Shown here piece by piece: positions 1-12,480 of a stretch of DNA of 64,000 nt. The notes below the pieces were generated by a model. It had not been told where the DNA came from, ran no database searches, and saw only the letters and a program-made list of their open reading frames with translations. Origin of the DNA: Cetorhinus maximus (taxonomy: Eukaryota); contig NC_135906.1 of NCBI RefSeq assembly GCF_964194155.1, positions 20,646,001 to 20,710,000 on the forward strand. The letters run 5' to 3'. A program made the position numbers and the translations under genes. Each line of letters begins with the position of its first letter. Position 1 is the stretch's first letter.

Positions 1-370
1 AATTTTCTTTGTTCTTTCATGGGATGTGAGCGTTTGCTGCCCATCCCTAATTGCCCTTGAATTGAGTGGCTGGCTCGGCCATTTCAGAGGCATTTAAGAG
101 TCAACCGCTTTGCTCTGGGGTCGGGAGTCACATATAGGCCAGACCAGGTAAGGATGGCAGATTTCTTTCCCTCATCAATGAACGAGATGGGCTTTTAACA
201 ACAACAATTGCTGGTAGTTTCATGGTCACCATTACTGAGACTAGCTTTCAATTCTCGATTTATTAATTGAATTTAAATTCCACCAGCTGCCGTGATGGGA
301 TTTAAACCTGTGTCCCCGGATCATTAGCAGGGACGTCTGGATTACTACTTCAGTGATGACACCATCGTGA
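1..370 (-). mobile_element. tRNA-derived SINE (shark-type, LINE-like 3' tail)
   Basis: Reverse complement matches the SINE at 53690-54048. Confidence 0.75.
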
Positions 371-720
371 TACAGGTCAGCTTTACCCTATTGCTGATTG
401 TTTGCTTGGCCTGGCATTGGCCGATTCCGGTGGGTGCACGTTGCCACTTGATTCAAGGCTGGAATGTGGCCAGGTGGGCAACACTTCCCTCCTGTTAATG
501 CACAGCATCTTCATGGGAATCCAGCGCTAAATTATTCATAAACAACCTGATTCTGGCTCAGGGTTTTGTACGTAGCTGAGCATTTATTTCGTTGGGATCT
601 ATTGAAAGCCATCCCTCGAGCCACAGCTGTCAGTCCTAAGAGATAAGCGAATGCCATTCTGAAGGGATGGGCAATGGCCTCCTTTGTCCTCAGCCAATCG
701 AACGGAACTCGGGTTCAGAT
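362..720 (+). pseudogene. Degenerate, rearranged 28S rRNA fragment
   Basis: ccatcgtgatacaggtcagctttaccctattg and gcgctaaattattcataaacaacctgattctggctcagggttttgtacgtagctgagc...gatctattgaaag resemble the 28S 3' region. gtcctaagagataagcgaatgccattctgaagggatgggcaatggcctcc...tcgggttcagat resembles an internal 28S segment. Recognised from memory. Confidence 0.75.
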
Positions 721-834
721 ATAACTTGAGATATCGTCCAATTCCAAGAACTCATTCAACCCCAACTGGTCTCACTATTCAAAATCACTTAAGTCAGTAG
801 AATACAATTATATTAATCACAATTACTCACTAAT

Positions 835-1055
835 CACTCAGGGGGTGGTGAACTTGTGGAATTCTCTGCCATAGAAGGCTGTGGAGGCCAAGTCCCGGAA
901 TATAGATAGATTTCTAGACTCTAAAGGCATAAAAGGGTATGGGGAGAGGGAGTACGACGTTGAGATAGAGGGTCAGTCATGATCATATTGAATGGTGGAG
1001 CGACTTTGAAGGGCCGAACGACCGACTCCTGCTCCTATTTTCCATGTTTCTAGGT
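835..1055 (+). mobile_element. CR1 LINE 3' tail fragment
   Basis: Same 3' end as the CR1 copies at 52800-53040 and 60410-60535. Confidence 0.7.
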
Positions 1056-3164
1056 TTAATTCTTTTAAACTGCTTATTTTGAGTTTTATCAATAAAAACA
1101 CTGGCTCTCTAACCGATGCACTGCCAGGTTAGTCTATACTTAGTTATCCTGAACTGGCTGAGCATTAACTCCAGGCTCCTTGTTATGAAAGAATCTTTTC
1201 ATTTTGACTTATTGACATGCCGTGAAAGCTTGCAGTTGTCTCAAGTAGAACCCTCTGCCAGGCAGCATTGCCAATCTCACAGCAGCTTCCTTGGATTTGC
1301 TCTTGTTATTTTGAACCATTTCCATGCTGTTTCCTGTGCTGCACTGCAAACAGCCAGCAGACAGTCCTCATCTCGCCTTCGGTGGGATCTCAGGTACGCT
1401 ATAATAATTGAAATACTGATGATTTTTCTCCAAAGGTTCCCCAGTACACTCAGCAGCAAACAGTGGCTCAATATGAATCAGTGCGTATGAATATGAATCT
1501 AGAAAATCAATACGTCTCTCAAGACTTGGGAGTGAGAAGTTAAGAGGAGAATAGCACTGTCCCAAGTGGAGTGGACCTCCTTGAAACTTTACGAAAAGAC
1601 TTGTACCAGGTAATCAGTGTCTTTTTTTAAATGGCTTATTTGTGCTTTTTGACATCAAATAACTGTGTTATTTAAAAGGAAGCAAAATTGTCCAAGTGAT
1701 ATTCAAAACGCTAAAATGCATTGCCCCAAAGAGCAGTCAAAGCAGATTTAATATTAAATCTCGCAAGAGAATTAGATAAATACCAAAAATGAAAAAAATC
1801 GCAGGGCTGTAAGGCAAGGATCAGGGCAGTTGGACAAATTGGATAGCTTTTTCAAAAAGCTGGCACAGGCATGATGGGCCGAATAGCCTCCTTCTGCACC
1901 GTCTGATTCTACCACAATGTCCTCATTACATTTTAAAAGCATTTCAAACTATGTGTTACGTTTGAAGAATCACTGTGCAGGCAAATGCTTCATCCCCTGT
2001 AACGGGTAAACTGTTTAAGCTACCTTTTTGGAAATTGAATCTCTCAGAATTACCACTGTGATTTTGTTAGCTTTTACAAGAAAATGAATATTCTATTTTC
2101 ATTAGAGGGCACATTCACTCCAGGCTATAAATTATTTTTACACCTGATTAAGAAAAAAATTAATCATTTAAAATTTGTAAACATTTTCTTAGCTTGAATT
2201 TAATTTATAGGACTTAACCTTCAGGTCCACTTCTACATCAGGGCTTAGTCACAATGATATTCTACACTCTGAATACAATCAAACAGAGCTCATAAATCAT
2301 GTTGCGTTTTGTCATATTCTTTTGTCTAGCTAATCAAGCATTTTATTTAGCTTTCATTATTTCTGAAATCCTCTTATTAAAACTCAGTATGCGGTAAGGA
2401 ACCATCCCATTCTGAAATTAATAATTTTGTGTTAGAATTACATTAAAACTCTAAGGAAATGGCTTCATGTAGATATTACAGCAATGATGTAAATGCAGTC
2501 TGAACCCAGAACCAAAGCTTTGAAGCAGGACACGACTCAGCTCAGGATTCAGAGCAAGTCTTGACTCTACATTTACACTTACCCATGTTTAACAGTGCTG
2601 TGAAGCACAGACTGCGTAACACCCATGTTAAATTCTTGGAGAATAGTTCAATTTGAGACTCTCAGAAAACATCACTAAGAGTTGATTGGCCCCCGCCAAT
2701 GTGACGCTGTGGAGATTCAAACAGGAAAGGCAGAGAAGATTGGAAATTCTGTGGACTCATAGATAGTCTGAGTTTCAAGGTAGTGGTGTAATATTTGCAT
2801 AATATTTCTGAACTAGTAACATTATTTGGTCTTTGAATGCAATCATCGTAATCCTTTTTGTTTGTTTTTAAACAGAAACTTCCCTAAAAGATACCAACAA
2901 CAACTTGCGTTTATAAAACACTGCTAACGCACCGAAACCTTCCAAAGTGTTTCATAGGGTGTTATCAAAACATTTGGCACAAAACCAAATAAGGAGATAG
3001 AATCTTCAACAAAGACACTTTCTTCTCAAAGGTACAAAAACCCAACAGGTTGCAACGCTTGAAAGAAAAAGTTAAATTTGTGAAGATTTAGAAACCTGAT
3101 CACAACAGCTTGGGTTCAATTTATAATCTTGGCTTTTTGGGATACAGACAAATCCAAGAGAGAC

Positions 3165-4742
3165 ATGGCAGAGGTAGAAGTTGGCAAGGGAATGACCACA
3201 CAGGAATCAGAAGAATATCCAGTTGAAATATCCACTATTGAGTGTGAAAATCCAGATGCCCCAAATAAAGAGCAAGCTGGAGACCTCACTATAACCGAAG
3301 AAATAATCGAGAAGAATGAGGCAACTGAAGAAACAATGTTTATGGAGATGCAACAGGAAGAAGAGAACCGTGGTGAGACTACTGTTGAAGAACAAGTGAC
3401 TGAAGGAAATGAAGATGCTGCAGGGAAAGGAGGGTTGGGTATCGAAACAAGAAATGAAAATGTGGAATCTGAACAGACCATCTCTGTAGAGACTGCAAAG
3501 GAACTTGAAGAAAACCTCCTCGAGGCCATAGGCAGCACTGATGTTGCACTTAAGGCAGGAGTATCAGATCGAAACTCATGTACAAAAGAGCTGTCCAATG
3601 AAAACAAAAGTAAATCTGTAGAAGATGGTCAAAATCAGTTACAAGAATCAGAAGGCCAGGACTGCAGAGAGGAGATTGAAGCATTAACAGCAATGAAGGA
3701 TATTGGACTTTCTACTACCCTGGAAGACACAGTAGGAGAAAATGTTCAAGCGTCTGACGATTCCCAGGCACAATGTAGAGATGTTGATAAAGAAAAGTCT
3801 GAAGCTACAGGAAATGCAGAAGAGAGTCAAAATGGTTCAGAAGGTGTGGCAGATATTCTGCTAAATATAGTAGCTGAGCCAGACTTCAAGGAATCCTCTG
3901 ACAACACAAAGGAGGCTCCTGTCAGTGTGAACAGTGGTGACAGGCCAGAAGAATATTGTACAGATGCTGAATCGATTCCAGGGCAGATGGAGTTGTCTAC
4001 ACACACAGTTATTGATAATGGCTCAATGATGGCTAGCCACAACAATGGTAAATCAGGTAAAGGTGACATGTTGCTTAAGGAAGCGCAAGAGGGTGTGGCT
4101 GCAGCACATATGTGTCATGATCAAGAGCCACCAACAGGTGTTGAAACTGGACTAGAAGCACCAGCAGAAATAGCCAAAACTGATCTACAAACAATGAAAA
4201 ATACTGATGCAGATTTAGAAATCCAAACCAAAGGTGTTGAAAGAATTCTAGAAACATCTGCCAAGGGTTCGGAAGAATGTCTGGATATTCCACCAGTACA
4301 TGCTCCACCATGCTTGGGAAATCTTATGGAATACCTAGAAGTTTCGGATCAAAATCAGGACATATCTTTAAAACCATCAGCAGAGAGAACAAGTGAAACT
4401 CCAGTCAACGTGGGAGATAATCCAACTGAAAAATTAGCAACAGAAGATGCTGAAGAACAAGCAACCTCAATTGATGCAGAACCCTCACAAGGCATACAAG
4501 ATACAACAGTGACCAATACAATGGAAAATACAGAAGGACAAGATCCTAGTCTAGGCAATCTGGTCAAACCTGTGCAAGCCACAGAATTACCAACAACAGC
4601 ACCTGGGGAGAGTGCAGAAGTCAGCAACACTAGTCTGCAACAACATTGTGAGGCAGGAATATCAGAATCTGAGGATCAAGGCACACAAGACCCAACAGCA
4701 GCAGCAGCGGATGATCAGATAATAGTAGCAGAGGAAGAATAG
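3165..4742 (+). CDS. Glu-rich, probably disordered protein (525 aa from first ATG), copy A; unidentified, possibly one large exon
   Basis: 1.6-kb open frame; gacATGG Kozak context; candidate acceptor tttttgggatacag at 3147; TAG directly followed by donor-like gtaaac; frame also open in copy B. Confidence 0.7.
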   Translation: MAEVEVGKGMTTQESEEYPVEISTIECENPDAPNKEQAGDLTITEEIIEKNEATEETMFMEMQQEEENRGETTVEEQVTEGNEDAAGKGGLGIETRNENVESEQTISVETAKELEENLLEAIGSTDVALKAGVSDRNSCTKELSNENKSKSVEDGQNQLQESEGQDCREEIEALTAMKDIGLSTTLEDTVGENVQASDDSQAQCRDVDKEKSEATGNAEESQNGSEGVADILLNIVAEPDFKESSDNTKEAPVSVNSGDRPEEYCTDAESIPGQMELSTHTVIDNGSMMASHNNGKSGKGDMLLKEAQEGVAAAHMCHDQEPPTGVETGLEAPAEIAKTDLQTMKNTDADLEIQTKGVERILETSAKGSEECLDIPPVHAPPCLGNLMEYLEVSDQNQDISLKPSAERTSETPVNVGDNPTEKLATEDAEEQATSIDAEPSQGIQDTTVTNTMENTEGQDPSLGNLVKPVQATELPTTAPGESAEVSNTSLQQHCEAGISESEDQGTQDPTAAAADDQIIVAEEE

Positions 4743-5033
4743 GTAAACGATGTTCCTCTTCAGCCTTTGAAATATTTACTAATGAAATACAGTTGAAACT
4801 GAATCGGGATACAGTGCGTTTGTAAACCAGAACAAAACTTAAACAAGAACATTGTCAAATGCTTCCAATAACGCCGCAAATTAACGGAAAAAGACCATTT
4901 TCAGTTATAGCTCAGTACAGAATGACAAGCTGTCACTTGGGCTTGAACACCAATTGTACAAGAAGCAAACCTTTCAGATAGCTCCAGTGAGATGCTAGAA
5001 AAAGGTACATAGTTTCCTATGTTACCAACACAA

Positions 5034-5799
5034 TGGCCCAGATTTTAAAATAGAAATAGTGGTGAGGTTATCAGTGCTCCCCGTCATTATGGAATAAATC
5101 AGCTAGTAGTTTCTGGTGTCCGCACGTGTGCGGTTAAACATGGAGATCCTGAATTTGCTGTCTGATTTACCCTGCTCTGCCACAGGCTTTGCTGCATGTT
5201 GTCAAGAGACATTGAAATACACAAAATGCATGAAGTTGCGATGCCAAACCACTAGTTACCCACTAAATAGGCCATTAAAAGTTAGGGCTGGTACATTCAG
5301 GGCAATTGAATTTTTTAAGAGCCTGCTAAGTCTTAATTACCACCAAACAGCCTCTCTGGCCCTGTAAGTGTAATTTTATAAGTGTGGAGTCTCAATCCTT
5401 CAGATTTTAACCATTGTTGGAGGTTTAAAAAACATTAAAATTAATTTTTAAAAATCTTTTTCCAACTTTTTACTCTCTTGCTTAATCCCAACTTTCATTC
5501 CCTTGCTTCATTTCACTTTCTATATGCGATTTTACAGTGAATTAAAATATTCTCATTTATATCTCCTGTTTTAGACTCTGCATTTCTCAATGAGGATTCT
5601 TCAGTCTAATTGATTGACCATTTTGTTGCTCGCCCTGCTCTCTCTCACACACCACAGATGCCCTGCCAAGGGGATCACACTGAAAAGACTCACTAAATAC
5701 CTTAAATTACTGCCCAACAGCCTAAGAAAATTCTGTGAGCAGCGGGAAACATGGACAGCAAGCACCATTCCTTTGCCGCTGACTGCAAATTTTAGGTCA
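5034..5799. mobile_element. Putative non-autonomous DNA transposon (MITE-like)
   Basis: Imperfect TIRs, clearer in copy B (31243 tggcccggattttaca / tgcaaaatccaggtca 31945). Confidence 0.45.
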
Positions 5800-5929
5800 A
5801 CTTATTCCACTCACCAGTGATGAACACTCAACTCCAGAACACAAAGCGGCAATCAATCCCTCACCTCCAACCTTTTACTCCATCAAAAAGATGTTTTGTT
5901 TTTTCTATTTTATCATCATACTATATATT

Positions 5930-6298
5930 GGATAGGAACATAGGACTTTGGAGCAGATCTGCTCTGTCATTCGATAAGACCATGGCTGATGTGACTGTGG
6001 TCTCAACTCCACTTACATGTCTGCCCCCTACTCTCCACCTCCCCATAACCCTGGACTCCCTCGTCCATCAAAGATCTGTCTAATTCAATCATGAATAAAT
6101 TCAATGACCCAGCCTCCACTGCTTTCAGGAAGAGGATTCCAGACTAACAACCCTCAGAAAAAAAATTCTCCTCATCTCGGTTTTAAAAGGTGGACCTCTT
6201 ACTTTTAAACTGTCCCCCCTAGTTCTAGTCTCTCCCACAGAGGAAACATCCACCCTCTCAACATCTTATGTTTCAATGCCTCTCATTCTTCTAAACTG
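5930..6298 (-). mobile_element. CR1 LINE 3' fragment
   Basis: Reverse complement of the CR1 3' end seen elsewhere in the window. Confidence 0.65.
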
Positions 6299-6867
6299 GA
6301 TTGACAGCATTTCAGGAGAGTCTGCTTAAGTCATCTAATCATAAATATCAAACCACACAGACATCATTAAAATGATTTTGTAGACTCCCTTCTTCTCCAT
6401 ATTCAGTTCCCAAGCTGAGCTACAGGCAGGTGAGAGCAAGTGGTAAAGTAACCTGGAAATAGACTGCCTGCTAACTTTCTCTGCTGGGGAGCAGTGCATA
6501 TTACAGAGTGACAGGAACGTCAGTAAGAGATTAAGATTCAGCAACAGCTGAATGAAAGAAATCACATTTCAAGTTCTCTTTAAGTTCCAGTTCTGTACTT
6601 AAATGTTAGACTTAAGTAAACCTGCAAATGTTGCTGACAGGCAATATGTGTAAGACTGTAATTGACCTATAAAATAGTCTTAGCCCTAACTTTCTGATGG
6701 TGAAATCTATGTGTTTAATATTTTCTGTACAAGTAATTAGATAAGTTACTTTATGTTGTGTCCCAAGGCAATGCTGTGAAGCCTTTTTAAATCTGCAGAA
6801 TATGGAAGCATAGTAGTTGTGTTCCTGGATTAGTAGCCTTGAGGCTTGGAATAATGATTGAGTTATG

Positions 6868-7220
6868 AGATGAAATCCCACCTTGAAAGCTGGAATAATT
6901 AAATTTAATTAAATGAATAAATCTAAACTGAAAAGCTAGTCTCCGTAATGGTGACCAGCAAGCTACTGGATTGTTGTAAAAACCCATCAAATTCATTAAT
7001 GACTTTAGGAAAAGAAATCTGCCGTCCTTACCCAGTCTGGCCTATATGTAATCCCAGACCCACAGCAATGTGGTTAATTTAAGGGCCCTCTGAAATGGCT
7101 CAGCAAGCCACTCAGTTGTTTTTGAGAAGGTAGCTCACCAGCACCTTCTCAAGGGCAATAAGGGAAGGACAATAAATGCTGGGCCTTGCCAGTGACATCC
7201 ACAACCTACGAGTGAAATTT
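6868..7220 (+). mobile_element. tRNA-derived SINE, 5'-truncated
   Basis: Matches body and tail of 53690-54048; duplicate at about 33030-33380. Confidence 0.7.
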
Positions 7221-7637
7221 TAACAAGACTCGGTATGTTAAGTTAAATAATACCAAATATAAAATCAAGAGTGCGGTCTTGGAGATGCTGTAAAGGCCTT
7301 TTAGCCAGGCTTACAAAGAATCCCTTTGTACGGTGAGGCGGATGACTAAGAAGGGAACCACCTGAAGAGTTGAACTCACCCGACTGTAATGTCTGCATCT
7401 TCTGCAACAAAGGATCCTTTATAATCTCATTATATTGGCCATGAGTATATGTATCATTTAACTTTTAATAAAAATTTCAAGCATTTGACTCCATGTTAAT
7501 TTCATTCTTGTCCTATAGGCACAGGGCTGCAGTGGTTTGTCTATATTATTGCAAAATTCACATTCCTAACAACAAAGCAAGGAAAATCTACTATGCAAGA
7601 AAAAGCTGCAGCAAATAAATTTTAACAATGATCAAAA

Positions 7638-9292
7638 TACGAATTAGGAGCAGGGGTGGACCACTTGGCCCTTCGAACCAGCTCCGCCATTCAACAAGAT
7701 CATGGCTGAATGGATTTCACCTCAACTCCACATTCCTGCCTACCCCCGATAACCTTTCACCCCCTTGCTTATCAAGAACTTAACTACCTCTGCCTTAAAA
7801 TATTCAAGGACTCTGCTTCCACCACCTTTTGAGGAAGAGTTCTAAAGACTCATGACCCTCTGACAGAAAAAAAATTCTCATCTATGTACTAAATGGGCGA
7901 CCCCTTATTTTTTAAACAGTGGCCCCCAGTACTAGATTCTCCCACAAGAGGAACCATCGTCTCCACTTCCCCTGTCGACACCCCTCAGGATCTTGTACGT
8001 TAATCAAGTTGCCTCTTACTTCTCTTAACTCCAGCGGATACAAGCCTAGCCTGTCCAACCTTTCTTCATAAGACAACTCACCCATTCCAGATATGAGTTT
8101 AGTAAACCTTCTCTGAACTTCTTCCAACACATTTACATCCTTCCTTAAATAAGACCAAGACCGTACACAGTAATCCAGATGTGGTCTCACCAATGCCCTG
8201 TGTAACTGAAATATAACCTCCATACTTTTGTATTTAATTCCCCTCGTATTGCATTCTGTAAGCTTTCCTAATTACTTGATGCACCTGCATACTAGCCTTT
8301 TGCAATTCATGCATTAGGACACCTAGATCCCACTGCATCTCAGAGCTCTGCAATCTGTCACCATTTAGATAATATGCTTCTTTTTTCACAGTAACCTTTG
8401 ATGTGGCACCTTATCAAATACCTTCTGGAAATCTAAATACTGACCAGCTCCCTTTCACTCACAGCATATGTTACTTTTTCAAAGAACTCCAATAAATTGG
8501 TTAAACATGACTTCCCTTTCACAAAACCATATTGACTCTGCCTGATTACCCTGAATTTTGCCAAGTGCCCTGCTATAACGTCTTTAATAACAGTTTTGAA
8601 CATTTTCCTTATGACAGATGTTAAGCTAAAAGGCCTTTTGTTTCCTGCCTTCTGGCTCCCTCCCTCTGTGAATAAAGGAGTTACATTTGCTATTTTCCAA
8701 TCTAATGGAACTTTCCCAAAATTTAGGGAATTTTAGAAAATTACAACCAATGCATCAACTATCTCACTAGCCACTTTTTTTAAGGCCTGAGGATGAAGTC
8801 CATCAGTACCTGGGGACTTGTCAGCCCGCGGCTCCAACAATTTACTGGGTATCATTTCCCAAGTTCCTCCGTCTTTTCCATTTCCTGATTTACAGCTATT
8901 TCTTGGATGTTACTTGTATCAACCAAAGTGAAGACCGATGCAAAATTCAATTATTCTGCCATCTCCTTATTTTCCATTATTAATTCCCCAGATTCATTTT
9001 CTATAGGACCAACACTCACTTTTTTAACTCTCCTTTTTTAAATAACTATAGAAACTCTTACTGTGTGTCTTTATATTCCCAGCTAGCTTTCTCTCGTACT
9101 CTAATTTTTCTTCCTGATCAATCTTTTGGTCATTCTTTGCTGTTTTTTATATTCTGCGCAATCTTCTGACCTGCCACCCATCTTTGCGTAATTATATGCT
9201 TTTTCTTTAAGTTTGATACCCTCTTTAACTTTTTGGTCAACCATGGACGGTGGGTCCTCCCCTTGGAATTTGTCTTTCTCGTTGGAATGTAC
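7638..9292 (-). mobile_element. Decayed CR1 LINE ORF2 fragment
   Basis: ORF 7912-8223 (ALVRPHLDYC...VQRRFTKLI) is CR1 RT C-terminus; duplicate at about 33800-35515. Confidence 0.85.
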
Positions 9293-10179
9293 ATTGGATC
9301 GATGAAGAAATACGAGTTATGATTGGGAATGCATAAACTGAATGGGTAGTGGAAGTAGATTCAAATGGGGAAAGAAGGGTGGGACTGACTGGGTAGATGT
9401 TTCGAAGAGCCAGCACAGGTATGACAGACCGAATGGCCTGCTTCTATACTGTGAGATCCTACGATGTCCATTAGTAAATATTTTAGACATCAATAGACAT
9501 TTGTACGATCTGATATCAATCAATTTACAGAATAATTAAAGGATGAGCTCAAGTCATTTGTGAGCCAGCCTGGTGTTGACACGATTTTCTTCAGTTACAA
9601 CAAAGAGACAGGTAGACCCGACATCCATACAGATGGACCACAGTTGGATTTCCCCTTCTGGTTCCAGGTGCCATCAGGGAGCAGGCCTCAGAGTACTTCA
9701 GCTTCAGGGTAAAGGCTACAAATACAACTGCTTCACACCAGGTCAGAATGAGGGCACACTGGCTACTTACATTCAGGTGAATGAAGAGGGAGAGAGGGAA
9801 ATCATCTGCCCTCAATAGTTTTGAGATCCCAGAGAAAATACATTAGTACACAAGTCTCTACAGCAGCTTTTAGTTCCAAAACAATGAACATATTAGAAGA
9901 AAAATGTGTCAATTATAGCAAGCTATGTAGCAAAAGAAACAATAGATTTCATAAAGTTACACATTTCATTGATTGGGATGCATTAGCTTTTTGTAGCTTT
10001 GCAAAAACATAATTAATTTTGAATCCAAAAAGCAAATTGTCAAGGGTAAATTACAGATAGCTGCTGGTCCTGTATATTCAGTTCATTTCAACAAACTATG
10101 GAGTTTCTGGATCTACTCTGCATGAAACTACTGATAGAGAAGAGGATAGGATAGCTGCAATGCATATTGGAACAGTTCA

Positions 10180-10570
10180 TTTTATTTGTTCTTTGATTGT
10201 GTGGCTAGCAAACCTGCATTTGTTGCCATCCCTAATTGCCCTTGAAAAGTGATGAGCCGCCTTCTTGATTCACTGCAGTCCATGGGATGTAGGTACAGCC
10301 ACAGTGCTGTTGGGAAATTCCAAATTTTTGGCCCAGCGACAGAAAGGGAACAGCGATATAGTTCCAAGTCAGGATGGTGTGCGCACTGGATAGGAGCTTG
10401 CACATATGCACCTGCTACCCTATCCTTCTAGGTGGTAGACGTCAAAGGTTTCGAAGGTACTGTCGAAAGAGCCTTGGCAAGTTGCTGCAATTAATCTCGT
10501 AGATAATACACACTGCAGCGACTGTGCACCAGTGGTGGAGGGAGGGAACGTTTAAGCTGGTGGAAGCAAA
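10180..10570 (-). mobile_element. Non-LTR retrotransposon 3' fragment (same family as 21090-21915)
   Basis: Reverse complement of the gggcaattagggatgg-tailed LINE. Confidence 0.65.
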
Positions 10571-11465
10571 AAAACTGGTTCTGACACAAGGTCAAGAGGG
10601 TGATTTTTATCCATTTAAAGACAAGTGCATTATCTAGAAATAAAAGGTGTATTAATCAGATATTAGCATTAGTTGTCCTTGCAGGCTTCTGGGACAGCTA
10701 ATAAACACCGTGCATAGATCTGGTATCAAAGTACAGGTTACACAGGGTGAAAAGTGCACCCTTAGAAACAGAGACACAGCGAGGCAAATCTCTGGATTTT
10801 AATTCTATTTAACCAATTTAAGTGTGCATATTAACATGGTTCTCTGACATTGCCCGGTTCACATGGGACAAAATCATTTTGAAGTCAAGTTAGCATTCCC
10901 TCTTGCCAACATCCTGCTAATACAATTTCTTGCATATGCCCTCAGGGAAAAAAAAAATGCTCGTTTCCAACCTCTACAAGATTAACCCAAAAGACTGAAC
11001 CTCAATAAACTATCAAGATCCATCCCCTCCCTAACTCAGTGAGCACTTCAATCTCTTGCAAGTCTTTTCGCTCTCCATGCTGGGCAAATTGTCAGCATTC
11101 TGCAAGTACAATAGAATGGAAAGTGTTGTGTAATGATACACCTCAGCTGTGGGAAGCACCATCACTGCTAGACTGAGTATTACACATAGCAAGGAAGGAG
11201 GAAGCACAGACAAAACAACTTTACCCATCTATAATTTTGGGATTTAGAAACCTCAGACTGGACACGGACAAGAAACCTGATAGTAAAGCTGTTCTGAAAT
11301 ATTATGTTAAAAAAAAAGGTGAACATAGGTCAATAAAGCAAAAACAAATGATCAGTGTTCATCAGAAAAGCAAACAAAACTTCATTGTGAAGTCATAAGT
11401 CGTTTCTCTCAGCTGAATGGTGTTGATGGTTGGTGATAAGCTTGGCCTCCTCAGGGGGATATATT

Positions 11466-11509
11466 TTACTGGTAGTACAGCTCCAGGTTCATTCCATCAT
11501 GGATCTCAT
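11466..11509 (-). CDS. UBL5: UBL5/Hub1 copy A, last coding exon ((Y)EIHDGMNLELYYQ*)
   Basis: Minus strand gccttaaccaggctgctttcag|ATGAGATCCATGATGGAATGAACCTGGAGCTGTACTACCAGTAA; C-terminal YYQ typical of UBL5. Confidence 0.96.
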
Positions 11510-11599
11510 CTGAAAGCAGCCTGGTTAAGGCGTATAAATGCTTAGAATGCACAGGCTGCATTAAGGTGTCCAATTAAATCCTAACCTGAATGCTAGGAG

Positions 11600-12480
11600 G
11601 CAAAAAGTTGTCAATGGGTTTGAATCTGGTTTGCAAGTGGCTACTGTTCCACAGAGATTGATGTTAGGAATTTTGCTATTTACAACTGGTATTAATAACC
11701 TGCTTTAAGAGTTGGGGAGATGATCCACAGGTTTTCAGAATTTACAAATTATGTGCGAGTATTAAAACTGAGAGAATCCTCAATTCCTGCAAACAGCGGA
11801 ATTTGTTGGAGAAATGGTCCAACAATTGGCAAATAGCATTTAATTTAAAAATATAATGTTATGCATGCAAACAAGTCTCATGCTAAATACGTGCACAATG
11901 TGCAGTGAACAGATTAGAGGCCATTGGTGAAAGAAAAGGAGCTGGGTGTTAAGAACATCACTCTCAAAATGATCATGGTCAAGTATAATGCTGCAGTTTC
12001 AAAACAAGCAAGATCTAGGCTCTATTCACATGATAATTTACCAAGATAAAATGTTTCCCTTGTACAAGATGTGGGTTAGACCTCCTTTAGAATATTGGCT
12101 CCAGTGTTGATTTTCCAATAATATGGTTGGGTAGCAGGAAAAGATGCAGAGAAGAGCCACAAGAGCATTATCCGGATTAAAATATCTTCATCACCCAAAC
12201 AAGCTCATCAGTCTATATACTGTAGAAAAGTTAGAGACTCTGGTAATTGGATCAAGGTTTAGAAAATAACGAAGGAGCTGGATTGCATTTACATGGACTG
12301 GGGTCACACTTATAAGCTATGCCATGGCAGGACTAGACTTGATGTTAGGCAGCATTTCTATTCCCAGAGACTAATTGAACAGGCCCTTGGCTGGTGAACA
12401 GGTCATCTCATTCAAGGGTTGGATATCCTACAACAAAGTGTCAACACAATTTCTTGTGACTAGTTTCAACCATCTAAAGT
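11600..12480 (+). mobile_element. Old, heavily decayed CR1-like RT fragment in UBL5 intron
   Basis: Residual RT-like order of motifs; no open frame. Confidence 0.5.

Noticed and set aside
362-720. Functional rRNA gene
   Set aside because: Short, degenerate and out of order.
1116-1490. 124-aa ORF repeated at 27319-27693
   Set aside because: Conservation is explained by the duplication; no recognisable domain. Donor-like sites at about 1393 and 1609 may mark UTR exons, but I could not build a frame.
3116-4630. Minus-strand ORFs over the Glu-rich gene
   Set aside because: Shadow ORFs of biased coding sequence.
6407-6429. Possible plus-strand micro-exon (ttcag|...GCAG|gtgaga) downstream of the Glu-rich ORF
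   Set aside because: Motif only; nothing else supports it.
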